From: Macrostomum hystrix
Lineage: Eukaryota > Animalia > Platyhelminthes
DNA length: 64,000 nucleotides
Assembly: GCA_950097015.1 (NCBI GenBank)
Contig: CATNEN010000024.1
Coordinates: 3,162,001 to 3,226,000, forward strand
Direction of reading: 5' to 3'
Both the position numbers and the translations under genes were made by a program. Shown piece after piece: positions 24,901-36,484 of the stretch. The stretch's first letter is position 1. Every line of letters starts with the position of its first letter. Below the pieces are notes generated by a model. The model made no database searches. It was not told the DNA's origin and was given only the letters and a program-made list of their open reading frames with translations.

Positions 24901-27880
24901 TTGGTTGTACGGAACAGATTTGCAAGTAAAATAATTAGCTACGCTTGGCAGGTCCGCTAACGCCAGTGCCGCTAATTTGAGCGTTTAACTAGAACTAAAA
25001 AACAAGCAGGTATGAACAAATGTTATTCGAAAAACTAATGAGGAGTGAAATGAGCTGTACGCAAACGGGGGTAGGAAGGAGATGAAATTACGACACTAGC
25101 CAATCAGCGCATGGGTGGGGAATTGTCGCTGGAATCAGGCTAGCAAAACAAACAAAACAAAAGAAAACTTTAAATGATCAATGATTTAATTACTTAACTC
25201 TCACCTTGTATCCGGGCAGTGTTGGCTGCAGCATTGCCAAATTAGTTTTGCCACATGCCGACGGGAACGCGGCGGCGACATATTTTTTGTTGCCTCGCGG
25301 ATCGGTGATGCCCAGAATAAGCATATGTTCGGCTAGCCAGCCCTCTCTCTTGGCCAAGATGGAGCCCAGGCGCAGGGCGAAGCACTTCTTGCCAAGCAGA
25401 GAGTTGCCGCCATAGCCGGATCCGAAGCTGGCAATCTCATTGCGATCCGGAATATGCGAGATCAGAATCTCTGACGGATTGCAAGGCCAATTTTGAACTA
25501 GCGGCTTTGTGATCTCTTTCAAAGGCAGGCCAACCGAGTGCAGACATTTTACATAGTTGTCACCTTCAATGGCGTCTAAAGCGGCCCGGCCCATGCGAGT
25601 CATGATGCGCATTGAGGCCACTACGTAGGGCGAGTCGGTTAGCTGAATGCCCAGCTTGCTGATCGGCCCGCCAACTGGCCCCATGCTGAACGGAATGATG
25701 TACATGGCACGGCCGGCCATGCAGCCGGGAAAGCGATTTTTTAGTGCATCCTGCAGATTAAAAATGAGGCATAAGGATGCAGATGATGCTACGGAATGGG
25801 AAAAGTAGCAACCTTTTTTACATAACTGTCTCACTTTAACACTTTAGCGATAGTCCACCAACAGCCAGCTAGGCCTCAAAACACGTGATTTCAATCCCAG
25901 GATTTTTTGGACTTAAAATTTCGGGATTAATGATCCCCTGGATAACAACAGATAACAACATTTTTGTTCGTTGTAAGAGTAATTTTATTTCACACGTACG
26001 TGAACGTGACGTGACTGACGTCTAACGTGACATGACATTCACATTGACGTTGCATACATCATATTAAGTTATTACTATATTTACTAATATACTTCTTGTT
26101 GTGACTGCACTGTGCGAGCATGGTGTGAGTGCACTTGCTCAGCGAGCTCAACTGAGTCACCCTTCTCGGGACCGGACCCACTCAGGTCCCTCTGTCTTCC
26201 TCGCCACTGCCCATGTACTCGCGACCGAAGCCTAAGGGCCCAAGCCCCAGACTGGCTGGGGCTTGGGCTTCCCAAAGTTGGGAACAAGACATTTAGAAAG
26301 ACCACCAACAACGCTCTAGCAGTCTAGCGTCTGCTCAAGAGAGCAGTCTATAAGTTATTTGTGCTTATAGCACGGTCAGAGCACTTCTAGTTCCAGCTTC
26401 TAGTAGACCTAGAAGTAGAAGCTTGCTTACTATGCTTGCAGTATTAAACTATCGCCTATGGTTGCAAGTATCTGAGGTGTATTTTCATTATTTGCATTTA
26501 TAATAAAAATAAGCTCACTCACAAGTCACGAATTTTAAATTAAACTTCGAAGCGTTATCCTGAGATAACTCTCAGTCGGGATTTTCCTGGATTTTTAAGC
26601 ATCGGGATTTCGGGATTTATCAATCCCGGGATTGTAAATTGTCGGGATTTTGGAATCCCTACAGCCAGCGAGGAAAGCTGACCGCGGAGCATAAACAGCG
26701 ACTGTAGGTTGTGTACACGCAGGGCACTAACTTTTTGTTGCTTACATATAATGAGATATAAGGTGTACCTCTCCAGAACGTCGAGATATTCAATGATTCC
26801 GACACAAGATGCACTTTTTCCAAGAAGAACTTATATCCCCAGGCCCAGTACACCCGTCTATGTTAATCAGTGCACGGCACAACATTTACAGGGTGTAGGC
26901 AATGGCACATTATTTAGTGACACTAGACCCGCAGCCAGCGATGAGGCAATTCTGCCCATTTCGCTGACTCCTGAGTACACACGCACACAGTTACTGTACG
27001 CAGGCACACGCTCTACATCATACATGTGTACATCTGCCCTGACTTTCTCGTCGTCAGACAGTGTACATTCTCACTGTGCCCTGGGGTTGGCGCTCAAGGG
27101 CGTAAATTGCACGACAAGCCTCTAAGCCTTCTCACCGCGGCTGCGCCCCAAATGAATGTGGTCTCTACGCGGAGTTGAACTTAGGGACCATGGCGCGAGA
27201 GGCAAACGGGTTAACCATTCTGCCACTGACCCCCGACAGCTATAGCTTTGCAATAAATCGCCAAGTGTTAACCTTTTTTCGGCCAGTTAAAATGAAAAAG
27301 CATCTTCAGAAAAGTTAGTAAAACGGCAGAAAGATAGCTTGGTGTTTCAACTGTTTTCTTGGCATCCCGACGCGACGCGCACGTGAACTCGGTGTGTGCA
27401 AGTCATCGGCTAAAGCTACGAGCTTGGCCTCGTAAAAAAGGAACAAACATTTCTACTAACCTGCAAATCACTGGGCGACATCCAGTTGCCCAGCTGTCCT
27501 ATGACGTTTTCCTTCGGTATTGGCACAGTCTGGCGCTTGTCAGCCGTGCTGATGACAGTCTTTCTCTCGACTCGCGCAACATCTGCTGGATCAGTGCGGA
27601 CTAGCCAACAATTGTCCATCTTTCGCAGCGGCTTAGCAATGCCGGCGCGTCGCATAATTTCTAAGAATCGCTTATTCTCCTCCTCGGAGCCGTCGCATAG
27701 GTAGACATCGTCCGGCTGGCAGAGATTTGCCTTCTCTTTAACGTAATTGCGCACCTCCGACGGTAATGCAGACAGCGTGGTTGGAACGTCAGCTAGAGTG
27801 CGCTTTGACCCGATCGTGCCAATAAGCAGCGATCGCGGCGCTATCGAAGTTAAATGAAGGCGCAACAGACTGGTAGACAT
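21945..27880 (-). CDS. PCK2: Phosphoenolpyruvate carboxykinase (GTP), probable mitochondrial form; exons 27880-27461, 25750-25205, 23198-22983, 22688-21945 (641 aa)
   Basis: [13 protein letters not shown]-loop, [47 protein letters not shown]; N-terminus rich in Arg/Ser/Leu and lacking acidic residues; three phase-0 GT-AG introns, total 1926 nt. Confidence 0.96.
22705..22935. repeat. ~35-bp minisatellite (AAGAGTGACAAGATTCGTGGATTGAGCACTACTGG), PEPCK intron 3
   Basis: Direct reading, ~6 degenerate copies. Confidence 0.88.
26880..27233 (-). mobile_element. SINE family A, full-length diverged copy in PEPCK intron 1
   Basis: Reverse strand GGGTCAGTGGCAGAATGG (A box) ... GGTCCCTAAGTTCAACTCC (B-box-like), body colinear with 42529-42878. 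Confidence 0.8.
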
Positions 27881-28601
27881 ATTTCTTGGTGTGCTTTAAG
27901 TTTCTTGTATTTTCTGTTTGCTTTTGTCGACTCTCAGTTGTTTATCGCACAGCGGGGCAATTAAACAAAGAGGGCAAATAGTGTATTTCTTTGCGTGTGC
28001 TGGTCAGACTGGGGCAATCAGTCCGCATTCCGCTAACAAAAAAGGAGCTAAGACAGGCTCACGCTATTTATTTACTCGACGTGGCGTGGACGTATATAGA
28101 GGGATGGAATGGAAAGAAAAACAGACGACCTTTCTGCGACCCTGACACACCCCCCAAAAAACTGGCCATGGCCGAAAGGAGCCGGTTTTCTACCCCTCTT
28201 CTCTCCACTCTGGGTGTACATAGAACGATTGGTCATTTGTGGAAGAACGGCTTTCGTTCTGTTTTCTTTTGGCTTGCTTGCTAGACACAGAAAAGAACTT
28301 GTACATTAAACTGTGCAATTCGAGCTTTAACGTTGGAAAAAGCAGAAAGTGGTGAGTTGAGGGAGGGTCGGCTGAGTTTCTATTTTTAGAAAGCTAATTA
28401 CTGTTCGGACGAAGTTTTCAAGGTCGACGGAGAATTACTCCAGAGAGAAGAGTAAAAGAAAGCTTAATATTGTTTTTGTTCCGCCATATTTTTAGAAGAA
28501 TGTAAATTTTCCATGGATTGTATCACATAAAAATCCACTCGTTTAGTTAGCGACTTGTTCAATTAACAGCGTCACGCTTTGTTAAAATGACTCACGAAAA
28601 A

Positions 28602-28794
28602 CAGGCGCCGCGAAACAGGGGGGGGCAGGGGGAGAAGCTGCCCCCCTGACATCGAGTTGGGGGGCATTGCCCCCTCAAATCTTATTCAGCAGCATAATTT
28701 TTCTTCAATTCTCTTACAATCAGAAAGGCGCCGCGGAACAGGGGGCAGGGGGCAGGTGCCCCCCCCCTGACAAAAAATCGTTCCGCGGCGCCTG
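28602..28794. mobile_element. hAT-like MITE, 193 bp, 15-bp TIR CAGGCGCCGCG(A/G)AAC, 8-bp TSD ACGA(A/C)AAA
   Basis: TIRs and 7/8-matching TSD read directly; a second left-end copy lies internally at ~28726. Confidence 0.78.
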
Positions 28795-29319
28795 ACGACA
28801 AAAAGAATAATTACGAGATAACTTTTGTTACGTGAATTTTAATTTCCGTGACCTTTAAATAAACCTTTAAGACTTAACCTCGAGCTAAACTCGCAATATC
28901 AAACTCGTAACTCCACTCCAAAGTATACTTTTACACTATCACCACGCGCATAACTTTTGAATGCTGTTTTTCTTTTGCATTTAAATATATTTGCGTCATT
29001 GCGTCATTTGAATTGAATAGGTGATGGCATAGCGACAGCACTGATATGTAAGTTTAGGAGCAAAATCACGGATTTGAGAGACAGGACCCGGTATGAATAA
29101 AAACGAGAAACTTTTTTGAATAAAAACAAGACTTTTTTTCTCGCAAGAAAGCGAGAATTTCTTGGCTTCTAATGAATAAGAAACTTTTTCTCGCGAGAAT
29201 TTCTGCCGAGATTTTCTCGATTTTTATTCATACCGCCCAAATAATGTTATTCCCTTATTCAAAGGGAATAACATTGAGATTTGGAGTTATATGGACAGCA
29301 TCGAGGTTTTGCAGTGAGG

Positions 29320-29725
29320 GCAGACAGCACGGATTAGGGGTTCTTGGGATCCAGTGCGGATTAGGGGTTTTGGGCAGACAGTACGGATAAGGGGTTTTGG
29401 GGAGACAGTACGGATAAGGGGTTTTGGGGAGACAGCACAGATTAGGGGTTTTGGGGAGACAGCACAGATTAGGGGTTTTGGGGAGACAGCACGGATAAGG
29501 GGTTTTGGGGAGACAGCACAGATTAGGGGTTTTGGGGAGACAGCCCGGATTAGGGGTTTTGGGGAGACAGCCCGGATTAGGGGTTTTGGGGAGACAGCCC
29601 GGATTAGGGGTTTTGGGGAGACAGCCCGGATTAGGGGTTTTGGGGAGACAGCCCGGATTAGGGGTTTTGGGGAGACAGCCCGGATTAGGGGTTTTGGGGA
29701 GACAGCCCGGATTAGGGGTTTTGGG
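29320..29725. repeat. 27-bp G-rich minisatellite (GGATTAGGGGTTTTGGGGAGACAGCAC), ~15 copies
   Basis: Direct reading; most units contain GGGGTTTTGGGG. Confidence 0.96.
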
Positions 29726-30944
29726 AGCTGCACTTACAAGGTGGTTCCTTACCGAATCGTCAAACAGTGCACTATGGTGACATATTGCAATTTTTTCATA
29801 TGGCACTGATAAAACGGTGCTGATTTCCATGCAAATATGAAAACCAGAAGTTAAATCCAGTATATACTCGTATTTTAGAGTCAGAAAATAAAATAGGCCT
29901 TGATTTTTTCAGAACACAGAATGTGTATTTTTAACTAATGAAATAAACAGAAACAAATAGGCATTTAAGTACATCAGCTTTCTGTGTTTCATCATGCATA
30001 TCAGTCAGTTGGAATTGACAGCAAAATATTTAAGAGTGAAAAGTCTGCTGTGAGTCAATCTAGAAAAAGGAAGACCTACTAAGTCCGTAGTTTTTTTCTC
30101 TATCTTAGCAAAAGTAATAGTTTTAGAAAAGAGAAAAAAATAATCGGAAAATGAACACAGTGAAGTGAGAGTTTTCAGAAATAACACAAATTAAAATAGC
30201 ATGTTCAGAGAATAAAGTTTACTGAGTGCATTGATTGTTAAAGCAAACATGGCAGACAATTCAATTATAATAGTATCTATTTTTAAAGCTGTAAAAAATG
30301 GACTGCTGCTACGTTAGATACTAGTGAAAGTAAGTAGAATGCAAAGTTGAAAGCTGGCACACAATATTTTCGGTCACAAATGGCACTCAATGTTAACTCT
30401 GCATTGATTTCGAATATGATAATGTTACACTAGAAATCACACCTAACCCAGCTGAGCCACATTTACAGCTAGTACAGCCTATCAGTCCGTGGACTGGGGA
30501 GATCGCCGCACCGATTTCTACACCGAATAATGCTACAATTCTATAGGGTACAGTGGCAGAGCCGTTAAATCACTAAAGTACCTGAGCACGATTCCGCGTC
30601 GAGGCCACATTTATTTGGGGTGCAGTTTTTGAGAGAACGCTTGGGAGCTTGTCGTGAAATTTACGACCTTAAGGGCCAAATTTACAACCTTGGATTATTA
30701 AGTTGCAAAAATATGAATTCCAAATGATTGCACACACTTTGAACAGTTTAAGAAGGTACGAATTACAGGTAACAACAAGAAAAATATAAAAAAACTACAC
30801 AATTAGATAAACAAAACATTTGTAGAGGAATACGAAAATCGTGGCCATAAAAATCTTGACTACTCAAAGTAGTGAGTGCAATCACGTAGTTTCCCGTGCG
30901 TGCTTTCCGAGACAATGAAAAATTACTGCTGCGATTCAAGCCAC

Positions 30945-33115
30945 TGCGATTCCAGCTACAGTTTCTGGTGTGATTCCAGCTACAGTTTCTGATGTGATTC
31001 CAGCTACAGTTTCTGATGTGATTCCAGCTACAGTTTCTGGTGTGATTCCAGCTACAGTTTCTGATGTGATTCCAGCTACAGTTTCTGATGTGATTCCAGC
31101 TACAGTTTCTGATGTGATTCCAGCTACAGTTTCTGATGTGATTCCAGCTACAGTTTCTGGTGTGATTCCAGCTACAGTTTCTGATGTGATTCCAGCTACA
31201 GTTTCTGATGTGATTCCAGCTACAGTTTCTGATGTGATTCCAGCTACAGTTTCTGATGTGATTCCAGCTACAGTTTCTGGTGTGATTCCAGCTACAGTTT
31301 GTGCTTTGATTCCAGCTACAGTTTCTGATGTGATTCCAGCTACAGTTTCGGATGTGATTCCAGCTACAGTTTCTGATGTGATTCCAGCTACAGTTTCTGA
31401 TGTGATTCCAGCTACAGTTTCTGATGTGATTCCAGCTACAGTTTCTGATGTGATTCCAGCTACAGTTTCTGATGTGATTCCAGCTACAGTTTCTGGTGTG
31501 ATTCCAGCTACAGTTTGTGCTTTGATTCCAGCTACAGTTTCGGATGTGATTCCAGCTACAGTTTCTGATGTGATTCCAGCTACAGTTTCTGATGTGATTC
31601 CAGCTACAGTTTCTGATGTGATTCCAGCTACAGTTTCTGATGTGATTCCAGCTACAGTTTCTGATGTGATTCCAGCTACAGTTTCTGATGTAATTCCAGC
31701 TACAGTTTCTGATGTGATTCCAGCTACAGTTTCTGATGTGATTCCAGCTACAGTTTCTGGTGTGATTCCAGCTACAGTTTGTGCTTTGATTCCAGCTACA
31801 GTTTCGGATGTGATTCCAGCTACAGTTTCTGATGTGATTCCAGCTACAGTTTCTGATGTGATTCCAGCTACAGTTTCTGATGTGATTCCAGCTACAGTTT
31901 CTGATGTGATTCCAGCTACAGTTTCTGATGTGATTCCAGCTACAGTTTCTGATGTAATTCCAGCTACAGTTTCTGATGTGATTCCAGCTACAGTTTCTGA
32001 TGTGATTCCAGCTACAGTTTCTGGTGTGATTCCAGCTACAGTTTCTGATGTGATTCCAGCTACAGTTTCTGATGTGATTCCAGCTTCAGTTTGTGCTTTG
32101 ATTCCAGCTACAGTTTGTGCTTTGATTCCAGCTACAGTTTGTGCTTTGATTCCAGCTACAGTTTGTGCTTTGATTCCAGCTACAGTTTGTGCTTTGATTC
32201 CAGCTACAGTTTGTGCTTTGATTCCAGCTTCAGTTTGTGCTTTGATTCCAGCTACAGTTTGTGCTTTGATTCCAGCTACAGTTTGTGCTTTGATTCCAGC
32301 TTCAGTTTGTGCTTTGATTCCAGCTACAGTTTGTGCTTTGATTCCAGCTTCAGTTTGTGCTTTGATTCCAGCTACAGTTTGTGCTTTGATTCCAGCTACA
32401 GTTTGTGCTTTGATTCCAGCTACAGTTTGTGCTTTGATTCCAGCTACAGTTTGTGCTTTGATTCCAGCTACAGTTTGTGCTTTGATTCCAGACTACAGTT
32501 TGTGCTTTGATTCCAGCAACAGTTTGTGCTTTGATTCCAGCTACAGTTTGTGCTTTGATTCCAGCTACAGTTTGTGCTTTGATTCCAGACTACAGTTTGT
32601 GCTTTGATTCCAGCAACAGTTTGTGCTTTGATTCCAGCTACAGTTTCTGGTGTGATTCCAGCTACAGTTTTTTCTTTGATTCCAGCTACAGTTTGTGCTT
32701 TGATTCCAGCTACAGTTTGTGCTTTGATTCCAGCTACAGTTTGTGCTTTGATTCCAGCTACAGTTTGTGCTTTGATTCCAGCTACAGTTTGTGCTTTGAT
32801 TCCAGCTACAGTTTGTGCTTTGATTCCAGCTACAGTTTGTGCTTTGATTCCAGCTACAGTTTGTGCTTTGATTCCAGCTACAGTTTGTGCTTTGATTCCA
32901 GCTACAGTTTGTGCTTTGATTCCAGCTAAAGTTTGTTTTTTTGATTCCAGCTACAGTTTGTGCTTTGATTCCAGCTACAGTTTGTGCTTTGATTCCAGCT
33001 ACAGTTTGTGCTTTGATTCCAGCTAAAGTTTGTTTTTTTGATTCCAGCTACAGTTTGTGCTTTGATTCCAGCTACAGTTTGTGCTTTGATTCCAGCTACA
33101 GTTTGTGCTTTGATT
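30945..33115. repeat. 24-bp satellite GATTCCAGCTACAGTTT+(CTGATGT or GTGCTTT), ~90 copies in two subtype domains
   Basis: Direct reading; source of the 545-aa pseudo-ORF. Confidence 0.97.
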
Positions 33116-33737
33116 CTTGCTTCCCTTCCAGCTTCAAGTTACAATTTGCCAAGATGCAGCATATGTTCGCAGAGAGTAAACAATACGATTGCAAGCAAAG
33201 ATTCTTTTGCAAGACAATATCTGTGGTGGCAGGCAGTCAGCTTACTTTGGTTCTCCCGTAAACAGGGAATGACTGACGAGTTTAACTGACAGGTTGAACT
33301 GACTGGCTTTTAAATTTTCGTGTAGTGTTCGCATTCTGTTTCTTCAGAATTTCTAGTACAGGTTCTGCAAAGGAAATGGTTAATAGAATAAAAGCGCTTT
33401 TCTATTCAAATCGTGCTCTAACAATGCTGCCCGAGCATTCTAACCTAGGTGAGAATATTGAGCAAGTTATTTTCAGCCCTTAGCAAGCACAGATCGATGC
33501 TAGGTTATGTCTCCGATATGAAATTATTCAGCAAACTCGAAAGTTGGCAGAAAAAATGCGTCATATGGCAAGCAGGGCCCTGTGCCTACAGGATCAGGCC
33601 GGCACTTATCCCCAGCAAGGCCAATATCCAAAGACAAGGCCAACTTTATAAACTAAAAAAGAATTTCTCTCCATTTCACTCCCGCATATTATATTCAGCA
33701 GAATGTGTTGAAAGCTAAATAATGCATCGAGTAATTG

Positions 33738-36484
33738 TCATTTATGAATACACAGCAATATAAGACTACTTACAAACTTTCTCAGCACAAGAGCCTCCGA
33801 AATGTCCACAGAGATGAAGTACACAACTTGCCTGTCTTGGACACCAACCAATGTGTATTGCAGGCTGTTTAAACCATCCTGTTTCCAACGACTTTTGCCT
33901 CGATTGATGAGATTAATGCTAGAAATTTATTGTTAATTTTAATTTCTTTATGTAGGGATCAGATTGTATTATGGGATCAGTGATCTCAGATATAAATAAA
34001 GAGATTTTGGTCCGAAAATAGGAATCTCTCGGATTCAGGACTGGAAACCATTTGATTTTTTAAGATCGACAGGAACTGGAATAATGGAATCAACATGAGA
34101 CTAAAGGAAGGGGACTGTAGATATTTATTATACTAATGGGATCAGGGACTATGGGATCAGGGACTATGGGATCAGGGACTATGGGATCAGGGGCTATGAA
34201 ATCAGGGACTTTAGGATCAGGGACTACGGGATCAGGGACTATGGGATCAGGGACTATGGGATCAGGGACTATGGGATCAGGGACTATGGGATCAGGGACT
34301 ATGGGATCAGGGACTATGGGATCAGGGACTATGGGATCAGGGACTATGGGATCAGGGACTACGGGAACTGGGGCTCGGTGCTGTGGGATCAGGGACAACA
34401 GGATCGGGGACAATGGGATCAGGGACTATGGGATCAGGGACTATGGGATCAGGGACTATGGGATCAGGGGCTATGGGATCAAGGACTACGGGAACTGGGG
34501 CTCGGTGCTGTGGGATCAGGGACAACAGGATCGGGGACAATGGGATCAGGGACTATGGGATCAGGGACTATGGAATTTGGGACTATGGGATCTGGGGCCA
34601 TTAGAAAGCCTTAAACTCACCGCTGCGGATTAGGATCGTTTTTCGCGTCGCGATTGTGCTTAATCATCTTGTACCTGGCTATGCTCATCGGGTACCTAGA
34701 CACCTGATAGCCCGCCCAGGCGACGCGATTGCGAAAATCGTCATCTTCCCCGCCCCAGCCAAAAAAGACGTTAGAGAAGCCGTTGACATTTTGAAATTGT
34801 TCCCTGGTTAGAGAGCAGGCGCCGCCGAAAATGCCTTCGTAGGGTAAGCGATAGTCGAATTTATCGATGGCTGCACTCAGGTGTCGGGGCATGCTGCCGC
34901 ACCTGCGAATTCGGAGGCAAATTATGAAAATTATTTAGAAATTATGCACAAGTTTTTTTAAACTGCTCGATTAGGAACGGAGTGCAGCCGACAGCACAGC
35001 CGCAGCTATTTGGCGGCGCACCAGAAGGCTGCGTACCGCTGTTTAGTCCATGGACTGGGGACGTCACATCCACCCTTAATTACCCCGGCTAATGCTGGGA
35101 CCCCTTTAACAGCTGGGTGAACTGAAGCAATGAAGAGTAGCATCTTGTAGTATCTTGCTAAAGGAGACAAATACTTAGACAATGTAGTCAGGAATCGAAC
35201 CCCTGACCTCCAAGTCATGAGTTATGACTCTAACCACTCGGCTACAACCACCGACAAAAATCATTATAAAATGCATCAGCTTTACCTATAAATATTGTGA
35301 TCGTGCTCGGGCAACAGGTCGACATCGTGAAATATGAAACAATCAGCTTGAAATATTTTGCGAGCCTCAACGTAGCCAATGTTAAACAGCATTGCCCGGT
35401 TGAATCTGGCACTGCCAGCCTGTTCAATGACAAATATACGATAGTTGAGCTGCTGTCGACGTAGCATCGGATGAAGGACAGACAGTAGTAGGCGCAGGTG
35501 AGCGTCCCGATTTCTATAAGGCACAATGATTGCTACGCGTTGCTTAGCAACGCAGTTCTCAGGCTGGCAGCCGCCGTGCCTGACGTAGGGCAGGTCATTC
35601 TCCAGCTGCAACCAGCTGGGCGCCAGTTGAGCATCGGTTTGCACCGAGAATTTGTCACCTAGGAGGCCAGGCGGCTGCTCTGGACAGGCCGGATTTGAAC
35701 TGCCTACCTGCTGGGCCTTTTGTGGGGTTGGCGTTAAAATGTACATAGCTTGGAAAGGGACGAGCAAGTCGTGAACAAATAGCTACTTAAGAAATGACAT
35801 GATAATAAACCAGCGTAATATTATCACTGGAGAGCTGTTCAAATTTACAACAGAAATCGAACGTTATAGCCCATTTTACTATTTTTATAATGAAACGTCC
35901 CTTCTTTCTCTATATAATTTCACATGTACATTAAAATAATATGTGCATTTAAATGTACATGCGCATGCACATATCAATGTACACTCATTTACAGGTGATC
36001 TTAAGCACCAACCTTTGCTGCATCTTGCTGCCCGGACAACTGCAAAGTTGGCGGAGGCAACGATAGTGATGACGGAGGCGACGCTGGCGGAGACGGAGAA
36101 AATGTGGACGCTCTCGATGTCGGACTGGCTTTGAGATCCATAGAGACAGCGGAGTTCGATTTGGAGGCCAACAAACTTATGGGTGAATACAGATAGAACC
36201 GGCTATGGAACAGTTGCAGAGCAATGACAAAGACTGCAACGACCAGGCCATAGCGAATAAGCCTCCTAAATTACAATGGGGTACAAACGAGGCTTTAAGT
36301 GAACTCTATTTTGCATTGACTGAACGAACGAATTTTTAGCTATTGATTTGAACTAATAGTTTGACCAGCGATGCTGCAATTGTTCTCACAGAAAACGCCG
36401 CCTCCTATAAAGGCTGTAATACCCAAAAAATCCGTGATTTAGTTGCCATGCAATCCAGAGTCGGCGTGCAAGATGTTTGAGCAT
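33738..36484 (-). CDS. GT7 beta-1,4-glycosyltransferase, probably beta-1,4-N-acetylgalactosaminyltransferase (BRE-4-like); exons ~36484-36390, 36265-~36009, 35748-35286, 34902-34621, 33918-33774/33738
   Basis: Type II anchor (LIRYGLVVAVFVIALQLF), Pro/Ser stem, VAIIVPYRNR, FNRAMLFNIGY, FHDVDLLP (DxD), LPYEGIFGG, FFGWGGEDDD, DGLNSL; exon 2/3 junction and C-terminus uncertain. Confidence 0.9.
34135..34595. repeat. 15-bp minisatellite (GGGATCAGGGACTAT) with a duplicated ~120-bp higher-order block, in a glycosyltransferase intron
   Basis: Direct reading. Confidence 0.95.
35010..35252 (-). mobile_element. SINE family B with tRNA-like head
   Basis: Reverse strand GGTGGTTGTAGCCGAGTGGTTAGAG (A box) ... 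GGTTCGATTCC (B box), then a non-tRNA body shared with 18641-18806. Confidence 0.82.

Noticed and set aside
25885-26661. CGGGATT/AATCCC motif clusters and a 13-bp hairpin (~26238-26268) in PEPCK intron 1
   Set aside because: Could be a decayed TIR element, but no clear left terminus or TSD was found
29320-29725. Interstitial telomere
   Set aside because: Only one TTAGGG per 27-bp unit, not (TTAGGG)n
30970-33026. 545-aa IPATVSDV ORF and related ORFs
   Set aside because: Artefact of a 24-bp tandem repeat; non-ATG start and frameshifting units
35180-35252. Possible tRNA gene (also at 42531, 46737, 27233)
   Set aside because: A and B boxes are present but there is no proper acceptor stem or terminator, and each continues into a shared SINE body
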